From an uncultured archaeon (GTDB taxonomy: Archaea > Thermoproteota > Nitrososphaeria_A > Caldarchaeales > Wolframiiraptoraceae): a stretch of 64,000 bases of DNA. This document shows, piece by piece, positions 40,894 through 50,533 of this stretch. The notes below the pieces were generated by a model that worked only from the letters and a program-made list of their open reading frames with translations, made no database searches and was not told the DNA's origin. Position 1 is the stretch's first letter. Every line of letters begins with the position of its first letter. Where the stretch lies: contig CALKCF010000001.1 in NCBI GenBank assembly GCA_938083505.1, forward strand, positions 32,001 to 96,000, in the 5' to 3' direction. Position numbers and translations under genes: made by a program.

Positions 40894-41661
40894 CTATATT
40901 TTGAAGCCTGCCTTCTTAAGAAATTTCGATAATTTTTCGTACTTCTTTTCTACCTCTTTCGTCTTTTCTATCTTTGCTATAAAATAATCTTTGTATTTCA
41001 TAGAAATGCCTGCATACTTCATCAAGTAACCCTCCTGATCATACGTTTCTGAAGATTCTTCGACGTAGTTGGCAATCTCATACGAATTCGGCTCCCGATA
41101 CTTGTTTTTATGAAACACTATATGTAACGGCCATCTAGGCCTTTTAGGTGGCAACTCATCCTTTTCACCTATGCAAAGAAGACCAATAGGAATTACACCT
41201 TTCGGGAGTTCTAACAAGGCCGCCACCTGTTCCGCCTCAACAAGCACGCAATCAAGTAAAGCGGTGCCGAAGCCTAAAACCTCGGCAGCAATTATCATGT
41301 TCTGGGTTGCGAGCCCTGTCTCGAATATGCTATATATTACCTCGACAGGATGTTCATTAGAAGTCAAAACATGGTTGGGGTTAAGGTAATTAAACATTTT
41401 ATTAACCCTATTAAGGTCACTACATATGACTATTATCGCAGAGGCGTTTGATATGTACTTTATACCACAAACCTCCTCAAGTGCTCTCCTTTTTTCCTTA
41501 TCGCTGACAAGTATGAACGAATAAGCCTGATTATATGATGGTGCTCTTTGACCTGCCTCCACTATCATGTGAAGTATATCTTCTGGTATGTCGGCGGGCT
41601 TAAACTTTCTAATCGTCCTTCTGTTATATATGAGGTTTAGCAAACTCCTAGTTATGCTCAT
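40894..41661 (-). CDS. Nitroreductase family flavoprotein (NfsA/FRP-like)
   Basis: RRTIRKF, APS, QAYS, QNMIIAAE.LG, RPR. Confidence 0.88.
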   Translation of the reverse strand: MSITRSLLNLIYNRRTIRKFKPADIPEDILHMIVEAGQRAPSYNQAYSFILVSDKEKRRALEEVCGIKYISNASAIIVICSDLNRVNKMFNYLNPNHVLTSNEHPVEVIYSIFETGLATQNMIIAAEVLGFGTALLDCVLVEAEQVAALLELPKGVIPIGLLCIGEKDELPPKRPRWPLHIVFHKNKYREPNSYEIANYVEESSETYDQEGYLMKYAGISMKYKDYFIAKIEKTKEVEKKYEKLSKFLKKAGFKI

Positions 41662-41717
41662 GGTTTATTCTTAACTAAAGCCTTAAGTTCTTTAAATAAA
41701 AATTTTGTTATTGTGCC

Positions 41718-43766
41718 TTATCTTAGCTTTAACCTTTTTAACGTTAAGGAGTTTGTGACAACACTGACGGAACTCAACGCCATGGCTATACCGGCCAGTA
41801 TAGGATTAAGATACCCCATGGCAGCAATCGGTATGAGTGATGCGTTGTAAGCGAAGGCCCAAAAAAGATTTTGCTTTATCTTACGCATTATGTTCTTGCT
41901 AAGCTTTATCGCTGCCACGACGTTCCTTAAATCATCTTTTATCAGGACTATTCCAGAAGTTTCTATGGCGACGTCCGTTCCACTACTTATAGCAATACCT
42001 ACGTCAGCCTGAGCCAGTGCTGGAGCATCGTTCACACCATCGCCGACCATAGCCACTCTCCTTCCTTCTAGCTGAAGTTTCTTTATGACGTTAAGCTTTT
42101 CGGAGGGCAGAACCTCCGCTATCACGTGCTCTATATCAAGCTTCTTTGCTATCACCTTCGCCGTCCTTTCATTGTCACCCGTGAGCATTATGACTTCGAG
42201 ACCCATGGACTTCAACTGCTTCACGGTTTCAGCTGCATGCTCCTTCAGGATATCCTCTAAACCTATCAAAGCGACTGGTCTTTCATCAACCGAAATTATT
42301 AAAACTGTCTTACCTTCCTGCTCAAGCTTCCTCAGAGTTTCTTCAAACTCAAATAATCTGAGATTCATTGAGATAAGTAACTTTCTGTTACCTATAACTA
42401 CGTGTTTTCCATTTACGGTTGCAATGACACCTTTGCCGGGAACTGCCTCAAATTTTTCCGGTTTGATAAGCTCTATTCCGAGCTCTTTCGCCTTCTTAAT
42501 TATAGCCTCTCCCAATGGGTGTTCCGAGCCGAACTCGGCGGATGCAGCTAGCAATATAACCTCTTCTTCATTCATATCATCTAATAGTGTGATGCTCGTT
42601 ACTGTTGGCTCACCTTTTGTGAGTGTACCAGTTTTATCAAATACTACGCTCGTTATATTATATGCTCTTTCAAGGTTTTCTCCACCTTTTATCAGTATAC
42701 CGTTTTCGGCACCTTTTCCTACACCAACGACCACAGCCGCTGGTGTTGCTAGACCTAGAGCGCAGGGGCAGGCTACTATTAAAACTGCTATGAATGATTT
42801 AAGACCGAGAAGAGGGTTGCCAAAAAGGAGATACCATGTTAAGAATGCGATGATGCTGATGCTCACAACTGCAGGAACGAAGTATGAGGCCACCCTATCC
42901 ACCAATCGCTCTATTGGAGCTTGAGCGGTCTGAGCTTCTTCAACAAGCCTTACTATCTGGGATAGTGTGGTGTCAGCTCCAACCTTAGTTGCTCTAATCA
43001 AGAGAAGGCCACTCCTGTTAATCGTACCGCCTATAACTTTGTCACCAACTTCTTTTTCTACGGGAATGCTTTCACCAGTCACGATTTTTTCATCGACTGC
43101 AGAATGACCGTCGATGACTATACCATCTACCGGTATCTTCTCACCCGGTTTAACTAATAACAAGTCACCAACCCTAACCTTTTCGACAGGAACTACCGTC
43201 TCGACATTATCCCATATGACTCTTGCCGTGGTTGGCTGTAGTTCCATAAGCTTCCTTACAACATCCGATGCCCTCCTTCTTACGCTATGCTCGAGCAGTC
43301 TTCCGAGAAGTACGAATGCTATTATCAACGCTGATACTTCATAGTACAATTCTCCGGAAAACACGGATGGCAAGAATGTCGCAAGCGTGCTATAAAACCA
43401 AGCTGCAGAGGTTCCTATGGCTATGAGCGTATCCATGTTTGCTGACTTGGCTCTAATCGCGTGCCACATGCCTTTGTAGAAAGACCAACCCGCAATAAAC
43501 TGTACCGAAGTTGCCATAAAGAACAACAGTAGGCTATTATTTACGGGTAAAGATGGAGTCGAAAACCATGTTAGTATAAAGATAGATATTCCTAGTGCGA
43601 AGCTAAAGATTGTCATCATTTTCAATTTTCTAACTTCAATCTCGGGCATTAAGAAAGTCTTGAGGCAAGTTTCACTGCAAAAGTAGTACGTTCTCCCCCT
43701 CACGGTTGCCTTTAGGGCATCCTCCGTCTCTTCCACGAACATTCCACATACAGGGTCTTTTGCCAC
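41718..43766 (-). CDS. copA: Cu(I)-translocating P1B-type ATPase with N-terminal YHS/TRASH domain
   Basis: DPVCGM..YYFCS..C, TGES, CPCALG, DKTGT, SEHP, GDGVND, YN and MALSS. Confidence 0.95.
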   Translation of the reverse strand: MAKDPVCGMFVEETEDALKATVRGRTYYFCSETCLKTFLMPEIEVRKLKMMTIFSFALGISIFILTWFSTPSLPVNNSLLLFFMATSVQFIAGWSFYKGMWHAIRAKSANMDTLIAIGTSAAWFYSTLATFLPSVFSGELYYEVSALIIAFVLLGRLLEHSVRRRASDVVRKLMELQPTTARVIWDNVETVVPVEKVRVGDLLLVKPGEKIPVDGIVIDGHSAVDEKIVTGESIPVEKEVGDKVIGGTINRSGLLLIRATKVGADTTLSQIVRLVEEAQTAQAPIERLVDRVASYFVPAVVSISIIAFLTWYLLFGNPLLGLKSFIAVLIVACPCALGLATPAAVVVGVGKGAENGILIKGGENLERAYNITSVVFDKTGTLTKGEPTVTSITLLDDMNEEEVILLAASAEFGSEHPLGEAIIKKAKELGIELIKPEKFEAVPGKGVIATVNGKHVVIGNRKLLISMNLRLFEFEETLRKLEQEGKTVLIISVDERPVALIGLEDILKEHAAETVKQLKSMGLEVIMLTGDNERTAKVIAKKLDIEHVIAEVLPSEKLNVIKKLQLEGRRVAMVGDGVNDAPALAQADVGIAISSGTDVAIETSGIVLIKDDLRNVVAAIKLSKNIMRKIKQNLFWAFAYNASLIPIAAMGYLNPILAGIAMALSSVSVVTNSLTLKRLKLR

Positions 43767-43913
43767 ATATTGGTTATGTACAACGTTAATTTATAAATAT
43801 TGCAGAATATGCCTCACAATCATATGGTCAGAACTTAAAATCAGTTATTTGTTATTCACGACGGTTCTGGGTTTGTCAAAAGTTTATCTTTATCTGAAAG
43901 CTTAAGGCTTCTG

Positions 43914-44579
43914 ATGAATAAGTTTGAAGAAGACCTATCGAAAATCATTGCACGTATAGGCGACAAGTACGGCAAAGAAGTTATAAATAAACTCCATAAC
44001 ATGTACAAGAAGTTGTGTAAACTGTACGAAGCTAACATTGTTAAGATAAATCATTCAGTGATGGAGGTTGTCTGTGCTACTGAGTTAATCGTTAAAGGTT
44101 ATGATGTAGATGTTGAGTATAGACTCAACGACATACTCGTGTGCGACGTATATGGAGTAAAAGGTGATGGTAACATTATAATCGAGATAGAGACTGGCTT
44201 CGTACCCCCCGAACATGCACTTGACCCAAATACTTACCTATTAGCTAGGGTTGCCAGCAAGATAGCAAGGTACAGTACCTTCGCAAAAAAGTTTGGTATC
44301 GGAACACCGCCGCATAACATCGTTCAGATACCGTACGTATTCCTAAAGCCGCCAAGAGACAGGACTGAGAAAGAGGTGCTTTATCTCAAGAAGATCTGCG
44401 ACCTCTACTACACAAAACCACCTGTTAGTTTTGAAGAAATACTCAACGCAAGACTTTGCGTAGTCTATGTGATAAACGTTGACGAAGCGACGGTCAGCGA
44501 ATTATCACCACAAGAATACTATGAAATGCTCAAACAAGCGATGAAGGACACAAATACATCTCTATTTGTTCATAAATAA
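43914..44579 (+). CDS. Conserved archaeal hypothetical protein, PD-(D/E)XK-like
   Basis: VEY...CDVY...IIEIETG pattern resembles a restriction-endonuclease-like core. Confidence 0.6.
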   Translation: MNKFEEDLSKIIARIGDKYGKEVINKLHNMYKKLCKLYEANIVKINHSVMEVVCATELIVKGYDVDVEYRLNDILVCDVYGVKGDGNIIIEIETGFVPPEHALDPNTYLLARVASKIARYSTFAKKFGIGTPPHNIVQIPYVFLKPPRDRTEKEVLYLKKICDLYYTKPPVSFEEILNARLCVVYVINVDEATVSELSPQEYYEMLKQAMKDTNTSLFVHK

Positions 44580-44591
44580 TGTTTTAAAGTC

Positions 44592-44804
44592 GCGTCGTCT
44601 TTCGGAGATGGCAGGCCTCCCTGCTAGGGCACCCCTCCGTGGGTTTTAATCCCCCAGGTACCCTATGGGCACCTCCCACCCATACCCAGCTTAGGGACGC
44701 TGCCAAGGCGGCCTCTGAAGCACTGGGCATGGGTCGGCGCATACAACATCTGAGGCTTCCCCCAGATGCTGTTTAGCACCGGCCTCTCCTTTTCCGGACG
44801 ACGC
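44592..44804 (-). ncRNA. Unidentified structured ncRNA closed by a bulge-helix-bulge motif (candidate circRNA precursor)
   Basis: GC-rich island in AT-rich intergenic DNA; terminal stem GCGUCGUC/GACGACGC; internal hairpins whose mismatches are G-U only on the minus strand; upstream TATA box. Confidence 0.8.
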
Positions 44805-44827
44805 AAATTGTTGTATAGCTTAATGTT

Positions 44828-44843
44828 AATTTATACATTTCAC
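44828..44843 (-). promoter_or_regulatory. BRE/TATA promoter of the ncRNA
   Basis: Minus strand GTGAAATG-TATAAATT about 30 nt upstream of the 5' stem at 44804. Confidence 0.6.
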
Positions 44844-45063
44844 TCTAAAATAGTAAAAGCATTACTTCATAATTGTAACGAGGAAAAATGTTTTTGAAAA
44901 TTTTATTAAAAATAACCATTAATAAAATCTTAAAAGCTCAATCCAAATTCTAAATTAGCCAAATTCGCAAGATTGTCATATTTTATTTGTAACGTCTTCC
45001 TAATTCTTGAAAAATATGACAACAACCTTCTCGAATTACCAAATAAATTCTGATCTTGTCGAT

Positions 45064-46134
45064 TTATGCGACTACTTTTACTTTTTCTTTATAAAGACGT
45101 CTTCTAAACCAAAGCGCCACGTTTACCAACGAAATCATCACGGGAACTTCTATCAAGGGGCCGATAACCGTTGCAAAAGCTTCCTTGGAAGCTAAGCCGA
45201 AAACGGATACGGATACGGCTATCGCAAGGTCAAAGTTGTTGCTCGCGGCCGTAAAAGCCAGGGAAGTGACCCTACTGTAATCAAGGCCTGATTTATAACC
45301 AATTAGGAAGGATAGGAGGAACATTATAACAAAGTAGGAAAGTAGTGGTATTGCCACCCTCACAACGTCCATTGGAAGGGTGATTATGTACTCACCTTTT
45401 AAGGAGAACATTACGATGATTGTAAACAACAGGGCAAAAAGAGATGTTGGTCCAAGTCTTGGCATAAGAATTTTATCATACCATTCTCTTCCTTTCTTTT
45501 TAAGGAAATAGAAACGTGTAATAATTCCACCAAAGAATGGAATGCCGAGGTATACGAGAACCGACGTAGCAACTTCTATAAAGGATATTTCAACTAACGT
45601 GCCAGTGCCAGCAATCCAAGAACTTGCGAGGGTGATATAGAAGTAAGCGTAGACGGAATAGAAAGCTGTCTGGAATACCGAGTTTAAGGCGACGAGTATA
45701 GCAGCCCACTCCCTATCACCGTCAGCAAGATCGTTCCAGACGATGACCATAGCTATGCACCTTGCTAAACCCACTAGAATTACGCCATTTCTGAATTCAG
45801 GGTAATCTGCGAGGAATACCCATGCAAGAACGAACATAAGAAACGGGCCCACCAAGTAGTTGAGTATAAGCGACTCTGTAACCATGGTTTTCGAGCCTCC
45901 AGCCGTGACGATCTTCCTAAGCTCTTCATACCTTACCTTGGCAAGGGACGGATACATCATCCAAATTAGACCTATCGCTATAGGGATAGAAGTAGTGCCT
46001 ATGCTTAACTGGCCCAGTATATCAGCGATACTTGAAAAGACGTAACCCAAGCTTATGCCGATTATCATTGCTAAAAAAATCCAAAGCGTTAGAAACTTGC
46101 TCAAGATTGGGAGGCCAGTTTTTTGTTCGGTCAT
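45064..46134 (-). CDS. acr3: ACR3 family arsenite efflux transporter
   Basis: LTLWIF, MMYP, GLARCIAMV, NS, ASNNF, GPLIEVP. Confidence 0.95.
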   Translation of the reverse strand: MTEQKTGLPILSKFLTLWIFLAMIIGISLGYVFSSIADILGQLSIGTTSIPIAIGLIWMMYPSLAKVRYEELRKIVTAGGSKTMVTESLILNYLVGPFLMFVLAWVFLADYPEFRNGVILVGLARCIAMVIVWNDLADGDREWAAILVALNSVFQTAFYSVYAYFYITLASSWIAGTGTLVEISFIEVATSVLVYLGIPFFGGIITRFYFLKKKGREWYDKILMPRLGPTSLFALLFTIIVMFSLKGEYIITLPMDVVRVAIPLLSYFVIMFLLSFLIGYKSGLDYSRVTSLAFTAASNNFDLAIAVSVSVFGLASKEAFATVIGPLIEVPVMISLVNVALWFRRRLYKEKVKVVA

Positions 46135-46186
46135 ATTATGAGCACCAAGACGTTTTAGGAGTTTTTATCAAGAAACAACACTAATA

Positions 46187-46215
46187 ACTATATTATAATA
46201 CTATATTATAATACT
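46187..46215. repeat. 13-bp tandem repeat ACTATATTATAAT x2 upstream of acr3
   Basis: Direct repeat; each unit contains the palindrome ATTATAAT. Confidence 0.6.
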
Positions 46216-46332
46216 TTAAATAAAAATAAAAAATATATAAACTCATCATTGAGTTGTTTTTAGATTACGGACTTTAGGAGGAATACTAGGCAGACTTTTG
46301 CTTTATGGATATCTTCGTAACTCGGGAAGCTA

Positions 46333-46416
46333 TGCCGGGGCTGGGATTCGAACCCAGGATGGCCTACGCCAGTGGGTCTTAAGCCCACCCCCTTGACCAG
46401 GCTCGGGTACCCCGGC
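46333..46416 (-). tRNA. tRNA-Leu(UAA), no intron, CCA not encoded
   Basis: GCCGGGG acceptor, anticodon loop CTTAAGA, long variable arm, GGTTCGAATCC, discriminator A. Confidence 0.95.
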
Positions 46417-46467
46417 CATCATATTACAATAAAACAACAGAGGTGTTATAAGATTTAACTTATGATC

Positions 46468-47232
46468 TTATGCTTGCCGTGTGTAAAGCTCGGTAACCTT
46501 TACCCTCTCTATGCCTTGTATATTCTCTTGAATTTCTTTGGCTATTAGTCTCTTGGCTATCTGTAAGTTTGGCAGAAGATATGCCTCTTCCGGCATAGTG
46601 ATAACCACTTCCGGTGGTGCAAATTCAATAGTGAATTTTTGAAGATCCACGTCTGGTAACCTATTATGTATTATCTGCTGGATCTTTTCCTTGTCATTCG
46701 TTATGAGTTTCCTTATAGTGACGTTGCAGACGAGTGTCTTGCCAGCAAGGTATGGGTTAAAGTCCACCTGAACTCTTCCAGAACCTATAGAACGTATTAT
46801 GCCCTCCTTTCCATCGATGTTGACCTTAGCACCTATGACTAGTGGTGTTTCGACGTCCTTAAACCTTCTGATTGGGTAAACCTTAACTTTTGTTGGGTCT
46901 CTCTGACCAAAGGCCTTTTCCGGCGATATTTCAAACGTCTTGGACTCACCAACAGACATTGTGATTAATTCGTCTTCAATTGCCTTGAGCAACATGCCCT
47001 TACCGATTATTACTAATCTAGGTTCGTAAAGCCTTGAGGCATCATAGATGCCTGCCTCCCTCGCTTCCTCCTCTGAAGTTGTATCAACTAGTTCACCAGT
47101 TTCTTTTACCCTTATAGTATAGTCTACCAAAAGGAAGCTGCCTGGAGATAAGCTAGACTTTGTGACCTCTTGTGCCTGCCTCTCGTCAGCACTTTCTTTT
47201 TCTTCAGGAGTTTCTAAACCTTCTGGGGACAT
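46468..47232 (-). CDS. FKBP-type peptidyl-prolyl isomerase (long archaeal type)
   Basis: VDTT, PEKAFG.RD, GRVQVDFNPYLAGK. Confidence 0.92.
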   Translation of the reverse strand: MSPEGLETPEEKESADERQAQEVTKSSLSPGSFLLVDYTIRVKETGELVDTTSEEEAREAGIYDASRLYEPRLVIIGKGMLLKAIEDELITMSVGESKTFEISPEKAFGQRDPTKVKVYPIRRFKDVETPLVIGAKVNIDGKEGIIRSIGSGRVQVDFNPYLAGKTLVCNVTIRKLITNDKEKIQQIIHNRLPDVDLQKFTIEFAPPEVVITMPEEAYLLPNLQIAKRLIAKEIQENIQGIERVKVTELYTRQA

Positions 47233-47309
47233 CTCTCAACTTTTTGCTTAATGGCTTTTATTAAAGTGTTAACATGCAAACATTTTTATTTTGGTAGAAT
47301 TATAAACCT

Positions 47310-47333
47310 TATGGCTTTATGCATAAAGCCATA
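47310..47333. promoter_or_regulatory. Perfect 24-bp palindrome downstream of the TATA box of the psmB-fttA operon
   Basis: TATGGCTTTATGCATAAAGCCATA, 3 nt after TTATAAA (47300-47306). Confidence 0.65.
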
Positions 47334-47354
47334 GAGAAGTTATTGGACTAATAG

Positions 47355-48035
47355 TTGGTGTCCAAGACGATGTTTGAGTACGAAATGAGTAGAAACAAAC
47401 TCTTGAAGACTGGGACCACGACAGTAGGTATAGTTGTAAAAGATGCCGTAGTTTTCGCTACAGACACTAGGGTTACAGCAGGTTATTTTATAGCCCATAA
47501 AAAAGGAAAGAAGGTATTCCCATTAGCGGACCATGTAGCGATAACGATTGCGGGTAGGGTCGCTGATGCACAAAACATTATAGACGTACTCCGCACTAAC
47601 ATCAACTATTATCAGATCCAATGGACAAGACGTATGGAGATAGCGTCTGTAGCTAGGCTCGCCTCAAACATTCTATTCAATAATAGGTACTTCCCATTAA
47701 TAGCACAGTTGATAATAGGTGGTGTGGATGACCAAGGACCACATCTATATAACCTAGACCCAACGGGCTCTATGACCGAGGAGCTTATGATCGCAACAGG
47801 CTCAGGCTCCCCTATCGCATATGGCATAATCGAGTCGAGCTACAGACCAGACTTAAAGCTTGAGGATGGTATTAAGTTAGCCTTTAAGAGTGTTGCGTCA
47901 GCTATCAAGAGGGATATTGGCACAGGGGACAGTATTGACGTTGTGTATATTACTACTACCAAACCATATACCGAGTTAACACTCGAAGAGAAGTTACCAC
48001 TTTATGAGGAGTTTCTGAAAGTCAGTGTTAAATAA
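47355..48035 (+). CDS. psmB: Proteasome subunit beta
   Basis: Propeptide then KTG|TTTVG; DTR, AGRVAD, ATGSGS, RD.GTG. Confidence 0.96.
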   Translation: MVSKTMFEYEMSRNKLLKTGTTTVGIVVKDAVVFATDTRVTAGYFIAHKKGKKVFPLADHVAITIAGRVADAQNIIDVLRTNINYYQIQWTRRMEIASVARLASNILFNNRYFPLIAQLIIGGVDDQGPHLYNLDPTGSMTEELMIATGSGSPIAYGIIESSYRPDLKLEDGIKLAFKSVASAIKRDIGTGDSIDVVYITTTKPYTELTLEEKLPLYEEFLKVSVK

Positions 48036-48055
48036 AATAGTCCAGGTGCAATAGG

Positions 48056-49957
48056 TTGAGTGCAGCAGATAGGCTCAGAGCAGAGATATTAAGATATTTC
48101 TCTGTAGTTAGCCCTAGGGAGGCGGCTATTACAAAAGTTGAGTACGAAGGGACGAGGCTCGCTATATACACTAAGAATCCTGAGTTGTTCGCGGAAAGGG
48201 ACCAGATCGCAAAAGACCTCGTGAACATGCTTAAGAAACGCGTGATCATAAGGTCCGACCCAGCAATAAGATTGCCTCAGGAGGAAGTGGAAAAGATGCT
48301 CAAATCAACCTTTGGCGAAGATGCCACTGTCTTCTTCGATGATATTTTAGGGGAAGCTATAGTTGAAGTTAAGGAGCTTAACACCAACAAAAATGGGGAG
48401 AAAATCAAGAATGTTTGTAAGGTAACGGGTTGGCATGTAAAAGTATTAAGGAAAACGTTAATACCTTCAAAGACAATCGAGAAGATTAACCAATACCTTT
48501 ATAAAGATTCGGATAAGAGGCTCGGCATATTAAGAACAATAGGTGAAAGAGTATTTGCAACACAAACTTTTAGAACCAGCGACGTAACGCTCACAACACT
48601 CGGCTCCGGAAGGCAAGTTGGAAGGTCCGCCATATTGCTTCAGACCAATGAGAGCAAGATATTGTTGGACTGTGGTGTTGCCCTTGGTGCTGTAAGCAAG
48701 CTCGATATGTTACCTAGATTTGATGCCTACCCTTCAATCTTTAATGAACTTGATGCCGTAATAGCAACACATGCACACCTCGACCACACTGGCGCCATAC
48801 CTTACCTGTTCAAGTATGGTTACAGAGGGCCTGTTTATTGTACTGAACCAACATTGCCTCTTATGACTATGGAGCAGTTAGACTTTATTAATGTCGCAGA
48901 AAAGGAGGGGTTATTTCCGCTATACAATGAGAATGACGTAAAAACGGCAGTCCAGCATACTATAACCCTAAAATACGGTAGCGTTACAAGCGTAACACCA
49001 GATATAAGGGTAACAATGTACAATGCTGGACACATACTGGGCTCTTCAGTTGTTCATATACATATAGGTGAGGGGCTATACAACATCGTTTACACTAGCG
49101 ACTTTAAATTTGAAAAGAGTAGGACACTAGATGCATGTGTTCATAAATTCTTAAGGGCAGAGACCTTGATAATGGAGAGCACGTATGGTGCGACGCCCCT
49201 ACCATTTACTAGAGAAGAAAGCGAGGCATTGTTGGCCGGCTATATAAAGCAGACGGTAGAGGCTGGTGGGAAAGTGCTGATACCCGTACCGGCCGTCGGT
49301 AGAGCTCAAGAGATAATGCTCGTCCTTAATGATCTTTTAAACTCAAAGAGTATACCAGAAGTACCCATTTACTTAGATGGTCTCGTCATAGAGGCAACTG
49401 CGATATACACAGCATTTCCTGAATATGTTTCTCAGGAGCTGCAGGCTGTTATGGAATCTCAGGGTAATGTGTTTATGTCAGAGTACTTCACGCCGATAAA
49501 GAGCCATTCGCAAAGAAATGAAGCACTAAACGCTGAAGGGCCCGCCATTGTGATTTCCACGTCAGGAATGCTAGAAGGTGGGCCGGTACTGAACTATTTA
49601 AAAGAGTTTGCAGGTGATGAAAAAAACATGTTAATATTTGTCAGCTACCAGGTTGAGGGAACTTTGGGTAGAAAGTTGCTCAAGGGCATAAGGGAAGTGT
49701 CGTTTATAGATGAGAGGGGTAAGACTGAGGTTTTTAACGTTAAGCTACGCATAGAAAAGGTAGACGGATTCTCTGGACATTCTAGTAGACAACAATTACT
49801 GAACTATCTGAAGAAGTTCACGCCGAAGCCAAAGAACGTAATATTATTACATGGTGAGGTCAAAGCTATCGAGAGTCTAGCAGAATCCGCCTCAAAGATC
49901 GTTACAGCAAACATCTGCATGCCAAAGAATCTTGAAACCATATCACTTTTTGGTTAA
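48056..49957 (+). CDS. fttA: aCPSF1/FttA beta-CASP ribonuclease with KH domains
   Basis: KH N-terminus, VGRS, THAHLDHTG, AGHILGS, MESTYG, SGMLEGG, FSGHS, HGE. Confidence 0.95.
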   Translation: MSAADRLRAEILRYFSVVSPREAAITKVEYEGTRLAIYTKNPELFAERDQIAKDLVNMLKKRVIIRSDPAIRLPQEEVEKMLKSTFGEDATVFFDDILGEAIVEVKELNTNKNGEKIKNVCKVTGWHVKVLRKTLIPSKTIEKINQYLYKDSDKRLGILRTIGERVFATQTFRTSDVTLTTLGSGRQVGRSAILLQTNESKILLDCGVALGAVSKLDMLPRFDAYPSIFNELDAVIATHAHLDHTGAIPYLFKYGYRGPVYCTEPTLPLMTMEQLDFINVAEKEGLFPLYNENDVKTAVQHTITLKYGSVTSVTPDIRVTMYNAGHILGSSVVHIHIGEGLYNIVYTSDFKFEKSRTLDACVHKFLRAETLIMESTYGATPLPFTREESEALLAGYIKQTVEAGGKVLIPVPAVGRAQEIMLVLNDLLNSKSIPEVPIYLDGLVIEATAIYTAFPEYVSQELQAVMESQGNVFMSEYFTPIKSHSQRNEALNAEGPAIVISTSGMLEGGPVLNYLKEFAGDEKNMLIFVSYQVEGTLGRKLLKGIREVSFIDERGKTEVFNVKLRIEKVDGFSGHSSRQQLLNYLKKFTPKPKNVILLHGEVKAIESLAESASKIVTANICMPKNLETISLFG

Positions 49958-50036
49958 ATAATTGGCGCTCGAACGATAAATTTAAATTATTAAAAGAAAC
50001 ATCAGAAAAATCAGAAGACAAGAGGTTGTGTGAGGT

Positions 50037-50270
50037 ATGTCTGGCGACATATCACTAAAAGTTCTTTCCAAAAGTCTAGGCGAAAAAGTTCTAGTAAAGC
50101 TTAGGAATGGTAAGCTGATCAGAGGCCTACTTCAGGGTTATGACCAACATCTAAACTTAGTCCTCGAAAATGCTGAGGAAGTCATAGATCAGAACAACAG
50201 TAATCAGATAGGAACCATAGTCGTAAGGGGAGATAACATAATAATGATAAGCACAAGCCCTAAGGAATAG
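50037..50270 (+). CDS. Sm-like (Lsm) protein SmAP
   Basis: GLLQGYDQHLNLVL and VRGDNI Sm motifs; upstream of rpl37e. Confidence 0.95.
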   Translation: MSGDISLKVLSKSLGEKVLVKLRNGKLIRGLLQGYDQHLNLVLENAEEVIDQNNSNQIGTIVVRGDNIIMISTSPKE

Positions 50271-50315
50271 CGTGATAAACTTATTAGCAAGGATTTTAAT
50301 GTTGTTGAGTATAGT

Positions 50316-50492
50316 ATGGTAAAGGGTACACCCTCCTTCGGAAAGCGAAATAAGCCGGTGCATATACGCTGTAGGAGGTGTGGACGTAGATCGTTTCATG
50401 TTTCTAAGAAACGGTGCGCTGCCTGCGGCTTTGGTGCTTCAAAAAAGCTAAGGTCCTACACGTGGTTAAAACCGTTAAAAATGAAGACTTGA
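50316..50492 (+). CDS. rpl37e: 50S ribosomal protein L37e
   Basis: Manual translation [40 protein letters not shown] (58 aa, below the ORF-track cutoff). Confidence 0.96.
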   Translation: MVKGTPSFGKRNKPVHIRCRRCGRRSFHVSKKRCAACGFGASKKLRSYTWLKPLKMKT

Positions 50493-50533
50493 AGAAAAAC
50501 TTTAAACACTACGAACGATTTCGCCTATAATTG

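Noticed and set aside
44604-44625. Plus-strand GGAGATGGCAGGCCTCC resembling the 5' part of a fluoride (crcB) riboswitch
   Set aside because: The downstream AAAC...GCTGATGA...CTAC elements are absent, there is no co-oriented downstream gene, and the G-U pairs and promoter indicate the minus strand
44592-44804. Assignment of the GC-rich RNA as 5S rRNA, RNase P RNA, canonical SRP RNA or a self-cleaving ribozyme
   Set aside because: Only fragmentary resemblance (for example CUAAGCUGGG.AUGGGU to crenarchaeal 5S 3' ends). It lacks the 5S core, the RNase P GAGGAA and AGAA...CUUA boxes, the canonical SRP helix 8 and the hammerhead CUGAnGA.
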